A stretch of DNA of 63,656 nt, counting the filler, from Lenisia limosa (Eukaryota > Protista > Breviatea): the NCBI GenBank assembly GCA_001655205.1. It is 5 parts of 5 records of this genome, joined end to end, with 100 filler letters (N's around TTAATTAATTAA, not from the genome) between each part and the next. Parts side by side here need not be neighbours in the genome. Positions count along the whole stretch, not along the records: positions 39,931 to 61,472 come from LPNZ01009323.1; 4 more parts are not named here. One strand, written 5' to 3'. The notes beneath the pieces are model-generated. The model was not told the origin of the DNA, did not search any database, and saw nothing but the letters and a program-made list of their open reading frames with translations. The position numbers and the translations under genes were made by a program. Shown here piece after piece: positions 46,401 through 61,400 of this stretch. Numbering within the stretch: the stretch's first letter is position 1; every line of letters begins with the position of its first letter.

Positions 46401-49400
46401 CAACAAGCATGTAATTTTAGATTACCAAATAAGACGAAGAAACAACAACTAGCAACCAACCAGGGGGCAGTCTCATGTAAGCGGTCCCATAGGATCTTTC
46501 AGTTGTAATGAAGTTCCTCACACCGTCCTTCATGACAAAGAAGGAGTACCTAGGAGAGAAGAGACGAAGATCAGAACGATAAAGCTACGTAACACAACAT
46601 CAAGTGAAATTATATGTATAACTACCATTATTCCCACAAATGAAACACCCGCATACTGGACTTGGGAGGTAGACACAAATTCGAGAGCCTTGAGGGTGAA
46701 CCTCGTTCTGACACTCGACCCAACGCTGGGGCTTATTCTGAGCTTGCCCTGAGATGGCCCTGACTCTCTGGAGAAGAGTTAGTAAAACTAAGGTTGTGTA
46801 AACAAATAAGCAGTAACAAAATGACGAATTACGCAAATGACATTAGATGCATATTGCTCAGAGAGCTATGGCATCAGCTCACTCGATCAACTCAGAGACC
46901 GTGTCAGTGTAGTTGTTAGCATTGGTGATGGTGACAGACAGGGTGCCAGCAAAGGACAGGGGTCGGGTGCTGAGGAGTTAGGCTTGGCTTGGTATATCCT
47001 TACATAAACAATCGAATCACTGCGTATAAAATTCACATGTTTTACCAGTTTCGCCAAAACAAACAGGAATCCAATGTTAGTGATGAGGGGTGTGTATCAA
47101 CTCAATCTCTTTAATTGAGAAATATAGTCTTTTTTGGGACCGTGAGAAATCCTACTAACAGAGTCATTTGAATGACATTGCCATGGACAACGGCGTCGGC
47201 CAGATCAAGGTCAGAATGCGCCCATTCGAACTGGTAGGGCCCAGAGTCTCCGAAGACATGCGCCGTGGCTCTGAGAATCTGAGTCTTGAGGCCTCCGGAG
47301 AGGTCACTACAACGGTCAGCCAAGTTGAATGCTCAGAACAAAGTTCCCAGTACGTAGGATCTTTAGATCTGATTCTGGAGTTATTTCAAAAAAAAAAACC
47401 TCAATGGTGATGGAAAAAGTATAAGTAGAATATGTAGAAAAGAGAAACAATAAACAAGTAACATTTATTCGTTTCTAGAAAAAGAGGTGTGGAACTAAAG
47501 CGGGAAGTGACAGACACCGCAAACATGTCAATGGTGGCAGAGAAGGGAGACCCGGCTTCAACAATGTCAATTTCATAAGACGCGATGCCAACAGCCTTGG
47601 TGTTATCTTCATCATAGACATCAGCAATAAGAGTCATATGACCGACGCTGAGAACGTAGGCAGGAATGGTCCATGACTTGGTGGTAGGGGTCTCGAGCTC
47701 TTGGCCGTAGCCATCCTTGCAGCCGGTACATCTCCAACGATAGTTGAGGTTGGTTGCGGGACTGTCAATACTGGTGACGGATTCTACGCCGAAGGTGTTA
47801 ACGTCAAGGCGGGATATGACATTTGCCACAGGCTTGAGCTCAATTTCAAGACCAGCAGTGTCACGTCGCAGAATAGTCGAGGCCTGAAAAATGAACGAAA
47901 CTGGTGATGGTTAATTTTCAGAAATTGAAAAAATCAGAATAAAAGATAGATTGGGTCGAACGGCCCTCTTTATGAATTAAATGAAAACAATAGTAAAATA
48001 CGACGATAATTCTAGAGTAACCAGAAGATCAACCGCCAACCATCAAATTAAACGATCCATCTGAAGCAGTTGCTATCAGTGTGGCAGGATAGTCGGTGTC
48101 AGGCTCAATGAAAGAGGGTGCAATGACAAGGGTTGGGAGAGTCTTTTCGACATTGATATCCACAGTCCATTGGTAAGTCAAAGCAGGGGCAGGAACACCG
48201 CACTCGTTGTCTGAAATTTCAGCAGCAACAACGCTAAGCTCATATGAACTCAGTTCAATGGTGGCTGGAAGGCTGAGAATGGGGAGAGCAGGGGAGACTA
48301 CATGAACGGTCTTTGAGAAGGTTTTGTTTCCGAACAGAGTAGAAACAAAGGCAATGATCGTGATATTGGATCCTGCAGGGAGAGATGTACTGAAATCGGT
48401 CTCAGGAGAAGTGGCATTGGTGAAATCAACCGCTGAGTCAGAAGACCACTCAACTGAAAATTCCGAATCTAGCATTAGACTGACAGATGCAGGGTAAGAT
48501 ACATTACACGCGGCAATGGAGTCGTCAACAAAGAGACTACCAAGAGGCTCAATAGGTTCAGCAGGGGCACCCACTACAAAGGAGAACTGGGGGACATTTG
48601 TGTTTTTGCACATCTTGAGCTGGTAGTCCAAGACAGTGAACGTTGAGCCAGGGCCAAAGCCAGGATAGTACTGGGTCAGGACTTGGAGTGTAGTTTGTGA
48701 CAGCTGGCTAACAGTTCGTCTCCTGTGTTTAAATAAACCAAGGGTCACTATGTTGCCCACAGGAACGCCAATGAAGTTACCTACAGAGATAACACCAGAA
48801 ACAAAACATATGATATCATTTACGGCCGTTCAACATTTTTGTTTTTCCGCTAATTCATATGTAATATAACTTTTAAATATACTCACTTTTAAGAAGGACA
48901 GGGGTGTCAAAGGTGACGTCGAAAGTCGAATCTGAAGAGAATCGGGCCTCAACTACTTTCGGGGCTGCGCTGGAGCAAGTGTAGGTTCCAGTAAACGTTT
49001 GTGACGCAAATTTCCTATCTTCGTTGTTGGAGAGCGCGTTAATACTCATTTTGACATAGAACACATCACCAATGAGGATGGGTGTCAAGTAGAGATGGCG
49101 AGTGAAGGCCTCAACGGCCTCCGGTGTTCCTGAAACAGAAACAGTCCCCGACGAGGTGTAGCGGTGCGGGGCGACAACGGAGGCACTGTCAACACCAGAG
49201 GCAAGCTGTGCGGCTTCGAGGTCGTCCTACAGATTAAACCATGTAATAGAAGCGTCACAGATACCCAAATAATTTTATAACAAATCAAATAAACTATTTG
49301 GTTTGAGGGAAGTCTTTTCCACGAAACATGATACGTGGCAGGGGAATCATTTAACGTCACACTACAGCAAAGGTATTTTCATACAAACGAGAGAAGAATG

Positions 49401-52400
49401 GTAGAGTGAACTAGTACTATCAAAATAAAAAAAGCCAGTTGCTGCATACCACAGAAAGGATACATCTGCTTGTACGGTACGAGACTGTCCAATACGGATT
49501 TTTATCAACATCAGCAAAATGAAGCGCTGAAGAGTTGAACACAAATCCTCCGTCAATTGTGGTATCCAGAGAAGGCATGTCCATTGTGGGTGGATCATCA
49601 ACGTTGGTGATAACTCCTGGAAGGGCAAACACAGCTGGGTTGACATCTCCAGGAAGCATCAGCTCAAAAATGATGACAATATCACCCGCAAAGTTACCAA
49701 GACCGACGATCTTCATTAATTTCATCCCCTATAAGGATTACAAGGTGATGCACAGAGATGATAGTTGTTTTGATAATAGCATTAGCACTGTACTGACCTT
49801 TGCAATATTAGAGATTGTAGAATCAGTTGTGTTTTGGTTGCGTCCAATTTTTGTGTAGGGAATATCGACAAAGAAACCTAGAGTCAATAAAATACCAATT
49901 GAAATAATCCGCACGTAATGCCAAAATCATTTATCACATTAATAGAAAGGAAATCGTCATGTAGTCAAAGACTCGCTGTTAACTTTTAAACATATCATTT
50001 TCTGACCGAGGTACATTTTACCGAAAGTTTAGTTGCATGAGCCTCACTAAAAAAACATATCACAAGCTTACCTCCTTCGGGATAAGTTAGAACCTTCAAG
50101 TTTGCAACGGTATCGACAGTCATAGGGTCAACGCTATCCTCAATATCCTTCAATATAAGGTTGTATCGCAGGTAGCCTCCCTCTTTCAGAACCACGGGGT
50201 TGTTTTCGACTTGGAGTGGAATGTCTAAGTAGAAGCCTTCAACTGGCAGACCCCATGACCCAGAAAGGGTGGGGGTTAGGCCAAAGGTTGCGTAGGCATC
50301 CTACAACAATTACATAACAATAAAATTCAGGGGGGTGAAAAAGAAAGAACCATCAACAAAAAATTCAAACAACTATAATACAAAAAAACACACTTAGCCG
50401 AACCACAGTTACGATATCAGCCCTGTTACATTTGAGGTGGATGAGATACCGGCTTCTTGAAGGACGTTGCATTGGTAGGTACCAATTGGCGCGGACAAGT
50501 CTGCGGAACCGATAAATACGCGGAAGGTCTTAGCATCCATCCAGGTTGAATTCCATCCGGTCATATCCATCCCTGGACAGTCGAGGATTTCACTTACAGG
50601 CTTGTCAATAGTGTTGGTAGTTTCTTTAAAGACCAGTTCGAAATAGTCATTGATATCAACATCAGCTCCATTATTAGCAGGATCAACCGCAGTGAAACTA
50701 TCCATTTGGATGGGAGCTGCCATTGTTTGTGCAGTAAACTCGAAAACAGACTCACCGCCTGATCCAACAGCAACCATTTTGAAGCCAACTGTGATTTTAG
50801 CTGGGATACCGGAAAGAGTGACCGGAGGTAACACATTGTTGCGCTTTCCAAACCATCCCGAAATGGAGAAGGTATTCTCAGCATGCATTTTATCCCAGTT
50901 TAGTGTGATAGAGCTGTCTGTACTCACAATATCCATAGTTGGGCGAGCAGGGGGGAGGGGAAGAGTCGTCAGCACCAAGGGAGAAGAAGAGCTACCGCAA
51001 ACCGAACTGCGGCAAATAGCAACGGTAATACTGTATGTGGTATTGGGAGAAAATAGAGAGGCATTCGCTGCGATGCTGAGTTCGGGGATCTCGAAGGTCT
51101 CTTCAACAACACCAGTCTTGTCATTGGTGAAGTTCAAGGAGTAAGTCAAGGGGGCAATGACGTCATCTAAGATAGCAGGGCGGACCCACGCGACAGAAAT
51201 CGGCTCATTGAGGCTCAGGGAGCCGGTGGGGGCTTCAAGAACAGGCAGAGGCCTAATAACGGTCGAACTGATGACAGTAATTTCGTCAGATGGGGCCTTA
51301 TTGGCGTCTGTGATGTAGTATGATGACACAGAAAGGTTATAGATGTTGTCCGAAACAAGACCGTAGCAGACTGCGGAAGTATTAGTCACATTACAGACGG
51401 AGTTGTGTCGTTCAGAACGGGCGTACGCGTAGTACATGACGTTTTCAGGGAAGAGCGTTTCGACGGGAAGGGCCCACTCGAAGGAGAGAGTCGTATACGT
51501 CTGAGCAAGCTCTGTGATGTTAACAGGTGTCTCTGGGAGGAGAAGAGAGGTGTTGAAAGCGGAGGAGACTTCAGAGCTGGGAACTCCATCAATTGTACAA
51601 AGAAGAGTAGCCGAGTAAGGCGAGGCTGGGTTGAAGATTAAAAGACGGACTGGGGTCGTGGTTTGAGGATCGGAATGGAGAATTTCAGTTCCATTGAAGA
51701 CAGTGAGGGTATAGTTGCAAAGGGGTGCGGGGCTCCAGGAAAGAGTGGCTTCGATAACTCGAGGAGTCACAGCAAAATCTTCAGGGACACTGGGGGGGGG
51801 ACAGGGCTTAGGCTCCATGCATTTCTGCACGGTGTTGCACCATCTACAGAGTTATGAACAAAATTATAATGTAAAAAAAAAAATAGTAAAATACAAGTAT
51901 TCCTTATTCTCATCAAGCTAAGAAATATAACAAAATAAAAATGACTCCCACTTACTGACATTCTCCAACTACGAAGGCCAATTGACATGTTTCACTATCG
52001 GTAATCTCCGAGCAGTTAGGAAGAAAGGCACCAGTGGGCGCACTTTCAGGTGTTTCAACTCCAAATTCATCCACGTAGCTGACAGTGAAGGAAACCGAAT
52101 TTACAGTATCAGAGCGAACAGCAAGAAGAGAAATTTCAGTGTGATTGGTAGTTAAAGGGAGGGAGTAGTTCAAGCTGCCAAGTATGTAACGGAGAACGTA
52201 GCTTGAAGGCCGGACAGCTTCAGCGTGTCCTGTCATGAACGTGGTGCTGTAGTTGAAATACGGCACCTTTGTAACCATCACGGCTTCAGGGGTAACGACT
52301 GAAATAGTTAAATGACTGAAAGATGTGACACAAGACTCGAACTGACTTCACTTCTAACCCACTATATTCACAGGAGTGTCCATAGTTAAGGGCTGTACAA

Positions 52401-55400
52401 CCACAAGAATGCTCAGATGGGAATTCTGAAGCAATGCAGGTAAAGTCGTTGCACTGAAAGCGTTAATAATAATAAAACAATTGTAGTTTTCATGAGTGGT
52501 GGCAATTATTAAAAAGCAAAAAAGTCAAAAAAAAAAAAAGTTTCACGGACAGACCAAAGTGATATTGGAGCGGTCGCATATGGGAGTGCATTCAAGAGTC
52601 GTAGCATAGACATGAGTACTGTTTGTGGCCTCAGTCTCATTGCGACATTCCATGCTCTCAAAGTGGTAGAAACACTCGATATCAGTAGTCTGAATTGAAT
52701 GAGGCTGGGGTAGTACGAATACAAGAGCGACAGGAAGAAAAGAAAAACTAACATTACAAAATTATGTAAGACAAAATGGGGCAGAAGATAAACAAAAACA
52801 AAGAACAAAGGTGGCATCTCACCTCGACACATTCAAAACAATCAGTAGGTCCGAAGCACGGGTCGGGATGGAGAGAAGGGCAGTATTCCTCAACAGCCAC
52901 GTAAGTCTCCATGCTTGCTGGCTTGGAAGTAACTAGGTCACATGTGCCTTCTCCGGCGATGTTCCACACACACCCCTATAACAGGTGGTCAGACAAAATA
53001 AAAAATGGAAGGTGTGGGAAAATAATATGTCAAATATGAAGTCAAAAAAAGTGGTCTCCCAAAAATTCTGAGCAACACGGAACCCACTTTAGCAGTGCAT
53101 TCAATGCAGGAAAGATACAGGGCGCAGTTTCTTGAGGTAAACTCAGAGTCATCCACGTTATGGATTTCCACAGTAAGAGGGGCGATACGCAGGGAATTGC
53201 CAGATACTTGCCACATTCCGGCGGTCGTCTGAATGAACGCAATATTAATCATTTGAGGGAAGGTTCCAAGCAACAATGCGGTTATAATATATCATATGTG
53301 TGTATATGTAATGTATATCATATCTATCATATACAGGTACATGTACATGTTTGCATAGTATATTATACATCTCCAATACGTATGTAGTAGTAAACAGAAT
53401 GGAAAACCATCCCAGTTAATTCAGTACAGGATCTTTTGTGATACGAAACAGCTTACATTGAAGTCATTGAAGGGAGCCAACAAGCCAACAACGTCTTCAT
53501 TCAGTGAGGAGGTATTACGCTGAATACGGTAAATTGATGGAAAGCCACATTTGGCTGGGACAACCAATATTGTGTTACCAACATTTAAAAATCTGTAGTT
53601 GGCGGCACCGACATCAACACCAGCGTCGGAATAGGCGTATACAGTGGCATTGCTACAGGGTAATGGTTTTTCAGTCCAAAAGTTAACAAAAACAATATCA
53701 ATATTCCTTGAAGATTTCTCGTCAGAGTTTTGAGTTAACTGTGTATAAACTAAGAGCTGGTATGTTAAGGTACACTAGAGTAATGTTACAACTACATTGG
53801 GAAACTAAAAAAAAACTGAAGCCAAAAATCGATATTATTATTTGGCTCAATAGTGTGATACTCACACAATGGAAAACAAAATAATATGGCTACTATTTTA
53901 CAATAAACAGGTTATTGCTTACATTATGTTGTTAATTGCGCCATTAGGCCAAATGGAGACGATATTGCTTGAATTGCTAAGAAGATTCGAAGTGAAGTCG
54001 GTCAAAGGACTGTCGTTGAAATGATATTGTTTCGTATTACTGCTGAACCCAGTATCAGCATAAGCGTGACGCAACACAACATTGTGGAGAGAATTCTGCC
54101 GAGTGGAGTAGAACGGGAATCCCTGAAAAATAAAAACATCCATACCAATTAAATGAAAATGCTAGAAACCCTTGATTGAAAATACTGGAGTTTTGAAACA
54201 ACAGAACTACGTGAGAGCTCACGACCATATTTTGGTATGATGTTAACACACAAACCTCCATCATAAAGGAGCTGCTGAGGTAAGTTTTCCAGTGAATAAA
54301 AACAGAAACGTCATTGAAATGGCGCTAAAAGAGTGATTTAACATAGTTGCTGAAAGAAAATAATCATTTTTAAGAGGATTATGGATTAAAAATCTTTGAG
54401 AAATCATATCGACTTACCGAAAATTCAGTACCTGAGTACTTGTAGGTGAGGTCAAAGTGACAGCGGCTTGCGTAAATGTTGCTGGCAAAAATGAAACGTT
54501 CCACGTCAACCTTGATGTTCGAGTCTTGAACCTAGAAACGTTAGAGAAATAAATACAAAAGGAGTTCATCTTCAGCTGGAGGAGGGGAAAAAATGTGAAG
54601 AGAAAAAAAAGCCTACATGCCCACACTGGCTAATATTCAATTTGACAAAGTAATGTTGAATTAAACCGAGATTGGAGGGTTAAAAAAAGGCAAGGAAAGC
54701 AAAGCAACTCTTAATGATTGTTTACATAATTTTATCATATATTTCAAATAATTAGATCAAACTTAAAGGACATTGTATCAAAAGAGATCTAAATCCTCTA
54801 GGATCCAAACACAGTATTTATTCAAAGCAAATTCTGCTGCTCTGTACATGGCAAGTCCTTGGCATCTCAAGTCTACTGAATGTGGTTTACGACGAGCATT
54901 TTTTTCTAAAGCAGAAGTATAGACATAGCATGTAATATGATATGTATTTGCATACAGATTATTGATACAAATCCAGCGTTGTTTTATTTTTTTATTCAAG
55001 TAGAGCACGCACCATGAAGTAAGAAGTTACAGAGAGGAATACAGCATCCGAAGAGGGGTCATCGATAGTCATATTCATGTTTGAAATCTGAATAGTTATA
55101 GAATCTGTGAAGATTAAAGAAAATGAGTTAACTCCAACCTAAGCCGTCAAGACTAGGGTTGAATATCAATTTATTCATCTGCTAAGCCACCTACAGTAGA
55201 TGATCCTCCTGTAAAGATTTTCAAGTCACCAGTATGGGATGGTGCACTCAGAGAAATATCCAAGTTACGGTAGTTGCTCTGTGTAAGTTAATACTTGAAA
55301 AAAAAAAAAAAAAAAANNNNNNNNNNNNNNNNNNNNNNNNNNNNNNNNNNNNNNNNNNNNNNNNNNNNNNNNNNNNNNNNNNNNACCCAAAAAACCCAAA

Positions 55401-58400
55401 ACAGCCCACTTTTCTTACAACGTTAAACCCTTCTCCTCTTGCATACATCAGTTGTTCCCTTTAAAACAGTGACGACTCCAGTTTGACAAGCGGTTGTCAT
55501 GTCAACTTTCAAGCCGTCAACTTCAGTAAAAGAAGGGAGGGCGTAGAAATAATTTGTGTAGGTGGAAGTGATCTAAGGTGCATGTAAGATTGTGATAAGA
55601 AGAGCGACAAAAAGAACGTAGTTCCCACCTTGAGAGTCCAGTTTTCGACTTTAGAGAGAACTCTATTGGAAAATTTTGTGATTGGACCAGAAGCTTCAAT
55701 ATAAAGATCTTTGGCAACCTAGAAACTTAGAGAAGCATTATTTGAAGCATTGATTTTTCTTATAACATAAAAAGCTATCCCAATAAACAGATATACTCAC
55801 AGCATACCAGTGAATCGAAGTTGTAGAACAGTGAGTTGTAGTTAGTCAGAGTCATGCCATAGATTCGGATGTTGTACAAACTCTGAGAAGTAAGGAAACC
55901 ATCATACGATATATATATTATATTAAATAAGCCAAGAACTAGCATTATCAATGGTTCATAACCCAACATACCACATATTGGTACTTGGCAAATAAGTAAG
56001 CCCCCGAGTCTAAATGGTTAGAACAAACAAAAATGACGAAATGTAAGAGACAACTGAATATCCAAATGATACATTCCTCAATTAATCTAGATCTTCAATA
56101 TTTATTTACCTTCTGTCCTATCTGAACAATCCAACACCAACTTATAACAGGGCTATCAAAGATGAGGTCGCGAATTGAAGAAGAAACTGGTGCATTACTG
56201 TAGAGGTACTGGTTCGACTGTGTAGGGTAGGTGAGATAGAATCTGCTCTCTATCATATCAGAAAACCTGATGATCTAATACATATCGATATAGTATATAA
56301 TATATAGTATGCTCAATGCTCCAAATTATCTGCACTCAGAATATATACACTGTATATGATACTATATAGTATGCATATATCTATGGCTTCACTTCGGTTC
56401 GAAACTATCGATTTCACCGGTCTTTTTCGAACTGAAGTGAAGCCCTACTTTTTTTTTTTTTTTTTTTNNNNNNNNNNNNNNNNNNNNNNNNNNNNNNNNN
56501 NNNNNNNNNNNNNNNNNNNNNNNNNNNNNNNNNNNNNNNNNNNNNNNNNNNNNNNNNNNNNNNNNNNNNNNNNNNNNNNNNNNNNNNNNNNNNNNNNNNN
56601 NNNNNNNNNNNNNNNNNNNNNNNNNNNNNNNNNNNNNNGGTTTTACAGGCAAAAAGACCCAAATATAATTAATCACAAGGTTTATGCGGAGCAGCATATG
56701 TATAAAAAAAAGACGGCAATAGATAATATTATATAATACACGGAGGTAAATAGGATATGTCTTCAAATAACCTATGATACACTTGATGGGGCTTTATTTC
56801 AGTTCGAAAAAGACCCTAAAATAGATAGTTTTCAGACAAATATCGAGAGATTCAGTCTTTTTTTCGACCGAAGTGAAGCCTTAATAAATGTGTACCCTTA
56901 TCTAATTTTGGCGCCGCATCATGAATGAATCTGAAAGTTTCATCCACAAACCGCAATCACCAAGCCGCTGATCACGTGGTTGTGTCCGAACAAATGCGCA
57001 TGACCAACCTTCGCGTGGGTCAATTAAGATACAAAAAACAAAAATAAACAACAGCAAACAAGACAAAATCCCTTGGTTCTTAATAAAGACAGGCATTTAA
57101 TAAAAAAAAACCCAGACTCTGCTCACCATAGAACCCTTGCTTGAAATTGTTCCGCAGTTCAGGTCAGTCATAAAGTGGTAGCTTCCAGGAGTGACAATGT
57201 TCAGAAACTCCGCACACGTCCAGATGTACTAAAGGGTTAAAGGTAATGGATACGGCGATGCAACTGAAACAGTTATCCAAAGTACGGCAACGCATGTAAA
57301 TTTCAGTGGATTCTCGAGCGTTTATCAAAACATATGTATGTTGTATGTCTGTAAATCAAAAAAGCAAAAAAAAACAAAAAGTCAAGTGAAACAGCTCAAA
57401 CATGATTCAGACAGCTTCCTTGACTCCATCACCATACCTTGGTGGTGACTGGGCAAAGTGTTCGAGACTCGCCAATTTCACTTTCAGTCCCATCAACACA
57501 CTTGGTGCCATCCCATACTCCAGCCTGAAGTTTGAACTTGGACGAATAAAGCGAGAAGCTTTCAGCAATTTTTGATTATACGAAAGAACACATCTCTTGT
57601 ACTCTGGCATACCAATGCGGTGCAGTGACTGCATGAGGCGGCAGTCTTTACTTCGATACGTTCAGGGAAAACAGAGGGCAATGTGGGGGCAAATAGTGCG
57701 CCTTCAGATAACACCCAACCCTAAAAACAATCAATTGACTACACCTTCTCTTTTCAGAAAAGGAATCATTCCCCGACCACTTATGTTCCATAATTCAATA
57801 ACAGGAAGCACTCTGAACATATTTCTGAACCAAAGCGTTTGTAAAATGAACCAGAAGGTAATACACGAATCCAAGTCTTTCATACAGGGTTTTGGGCCAT
57901 TTTGTTAACCATTGTCCCAGGGAAAACACTGGCAGCGTCGGGTGACTGTTCCATCTGAGAGGTACGTAAGAAGGTTGTAGTAATGGAAAGATTTTTGAAG
58001 CGAAATNNNNNNNNNNNNNNNNNNNNNNNNNNNNNNNNNNNNNNNNNNNNNNNNNNNNNNNNNNNNNNNNNNNNNNNNNNNNNGAACCCTGAGTCACATA
58101 AATATTCCAGCGGTATGGCCGACCGGACCGGACCATAGGGAACCACTGTCTGCAACAATTGTAGTAATGCTGCCAAAAAACCTTGTCATAGGAAAATCCT
58201 TACACTCCAAGGTTTCATTCTAGCTAAACAGCCTGCTTTAAAGAGCATACCACATTGATACGACTCATGTTGAGAGCCAAGGCCTCAGTGACAGCTCCAA
58301 TAGGATCATTGTAGATTTCAAAGGTTGCATGCTTGGCCTGTTCGTCACTATAACGTTAGAGAGAAAGGAGAAAATTTTAAATATATATACCGCCGTATCT

Positions 58401-61400
58401 TTATTATCCTAGTTTCAAAACAGACTTTGCTGCAAAAAAAGGGTGATGATACGTTCGCACAAAGGCAATAGGGTGCACCGCTTACGCGCCGAGAAGATAC
58501 TCTTCAGCAGTGTTCTCATCAACATTGGTGAAGTTGGAGCGCAGAGCCAATTCCAAGGTGATACCCTCTGCGACAGAAGCAGTGCCGATCCTGTCAAAGT
58601 CAAAATGTAAGGGCTCCGTGTACTTGTACATGTAGTAGATGTAGATAAAAAGATATTGGATATCGATATATATATATCATATATATTGTAATACGTAGCA
58701 AAAGAAAGCAAGAAGCTCTAAATAGGAGGAAGCCAATCAGTCAATTATCATATTCCACCAGCCATTCGTTTAACTAGGTAAAACAATTTCCCACCACATG
58801 AGGCTTTTTGGACTGGTGGTGCCTTTGGGCAGACGGACAAAATCAATGAAGGTGTTTTCAATGTGAGAATTGGCAAGGAGGTTGGTGTAGTAGAAGAAGA
58901 CGCCCTCTGTGAAGGTGAAAAAAAGCAAAACTCCTTTGTGTATATAAAAATTGATGTAACGATAGAGAGATGAGAAATTAGGCCGTCCACACATTTATAC
59001 AAGAGATAGTAGAATATTGAATTATATTGTTAATGTTTGTTCCATACTTCATATTAAAACCTTACAAGTTGAGAAACGATCAAAATAGAGATGAAAAAGA
59101 GGATATAGAAAGGATAACAACTAACACAATAATACTACAGGGCTCCGTGCAAATAATTGAAAAAATATTGTAAAAATTTCAAGTGGGACATAACGAGAAT
59201 CTCATTTCAGACACTTTAATTTCACATTTTCAAGCCACAATATTTACCAGTAATATTGTCTTACATATTCATAACATTACTTTTCAACTCTATGTCAGAG
59301 ATTCAAGATAATGTATATGCAAAGAACCATTAATATAGTAACTTTGAAAAGCTGAAACCATAATAGAATAGAAAACAAAAATCTCGTACGCTGTGTAACA
59401 ACGTCGAATGAAACATCTTTCATGGTGAGCTCTAAATCACCACTTGAAAAAACGTGACAATCCTGGAAGAATTACTTCGTTTCTTATCAAGGAAATACAA
59501 GAACATCAATATTACAAAGGAATACTCTATCGAAAAATTATGACAAGGGTAGCTATAAAATGTAATGAAATAAAACAGCTAGTATCTAGCCGAAGCCGTC
59601 CATATCATCAAGCTTAGAAAATATACATGTATTGCATAAAAATATCTAATTCACACAATCATTTGCCTTAAAACTCAGCAGACAGCTTTCTGTGCGCCTC
59701 CCCAGCAAAGCATATGGTATGCATGCATACAAATCATCCTCCATGTATACAACATATACCTCATTGCATATAAACACCCCAATTCATACTCCAGTAATAA
59801 AGTGCGAATTCGTAAGATTAACTAGTCGTGTTCCGGCAGCGTAAGCAAAAAACTGCTCCTAGAGGATAAACAGGTTTCTTTGTCAAAAGATAACGGGATA
59901 TTTTATCGACAATTGGAAGAGAAATTATGCCTTATTAGGATTTTTGGGTAAGTCATGTCATTTCACAGCTAATGGTGGAACTTGGGTGAAATGAAGTCAC
60001 TTTTACAAAACCCAGTTGTGATGAATAAGAGACCCCACAACTATGGCTTCACTTCGGTTCAAAAAAAAAGGTTAGATTCTTCAATAAATCCTCGAAAACT
60101 ATCGATTTTTTTATGGTCTTTTTCGGACCGAAGCGAAGTCCCCACAACGCCCTTCGCTCAAACCGTGACTGGAATGTCGATAACGGAGTTTTCGATCTAA
60201 AATATTAACGTGGTGTGCAAAAGCTTGTAATAAAATCGTAAATATGTTAAAATCGTATTATTAATTCCTTTCTCCCCAAATGTTTCAATTTTATTGTAGT
60301 ATTGCACGTGAGTACCTAGAATAAAAAAGATCATAAACCCTCTAACTGAAAACCGTCTAATATTTCACATCAATAGTAGTAAACATGTACAATTGTGCAA
60401 ACCTTGAGGTCAGTAATCCCTTTAAATCCTTGGTGATTGAGTTCAATACTCTGCAAATGTGAAACACAAATCTCCACTTTTTGGAGCTTCACTACAGCTA
60501 CAAAAGCGATTGGGAATATTGCCACAGCACATATAGAAAATCAAATGTAAATATTATTCATTTTAAAAAATCCAACCAACATCTGGGTTGATACTGGTGA
60601 CCGTGACGTTTGTATTGATAATTGCCAGGGTGGGAGAATCAGAAATAGCCAGGAAGGTGCCATCAGCAGCATGCTTCCTGAAAAATAATAATAATAATAA
60701 TAAATTCAATTCGCTTCAATGATTTCAAATTAATACTCCCCCCCCCCCCAAANNNNNNNNNNNNNNNNNNNNNNNNNNNNNNNNNNNNNNNNNNNNNNNN
60801 NNNNNNNNNNNNNNNNNNNNNNNNNNNNNNNNNNNNNNNNGAACATACGAACCCATGAATCTCAATTCGAGGTAAGAATCGTAAATCTTGGCGTTTTCGA
60901 AAGAACAAGTGGCAATCTAAAAGATAAACAAACAAGATATAGTATAGTACATGTATAATATATTTATTATTTTTTTTACATGAAAATATCGATATGTATG
61001 AATTATCTCAACTTCGTTCTTAATTGTTACGACAGGTCCAAAACATGTGATGTCAAAACAAGCGCCAACTTACATCAAAATAAGAGTTTCTGAAAACACT
61101 CAATCCAGCAAATTCAATGGTGTATTTGGAAGGAATCACCTAAAAAGTATGTACACGCTCTGTGAATCATATCAATGAAATAAGAGTTTGAAAAAATGCT
61201 CTAATATGAGAAATACAAGAATAAATTTCGATCAATTAATAGCATTACATATTACTTGAAGGATATGGAAAAGAAATAGTTCGTAGTAGGATACGTTTTA
61301 TGTTTTGAAGCTCAGGTTTGTAAACGTTCAAAACATGCGTGGCAAGGTGTGCGAATTAATTCCCTCTCTGATCTTACAATATGAACATTGTGGAAGAGAA

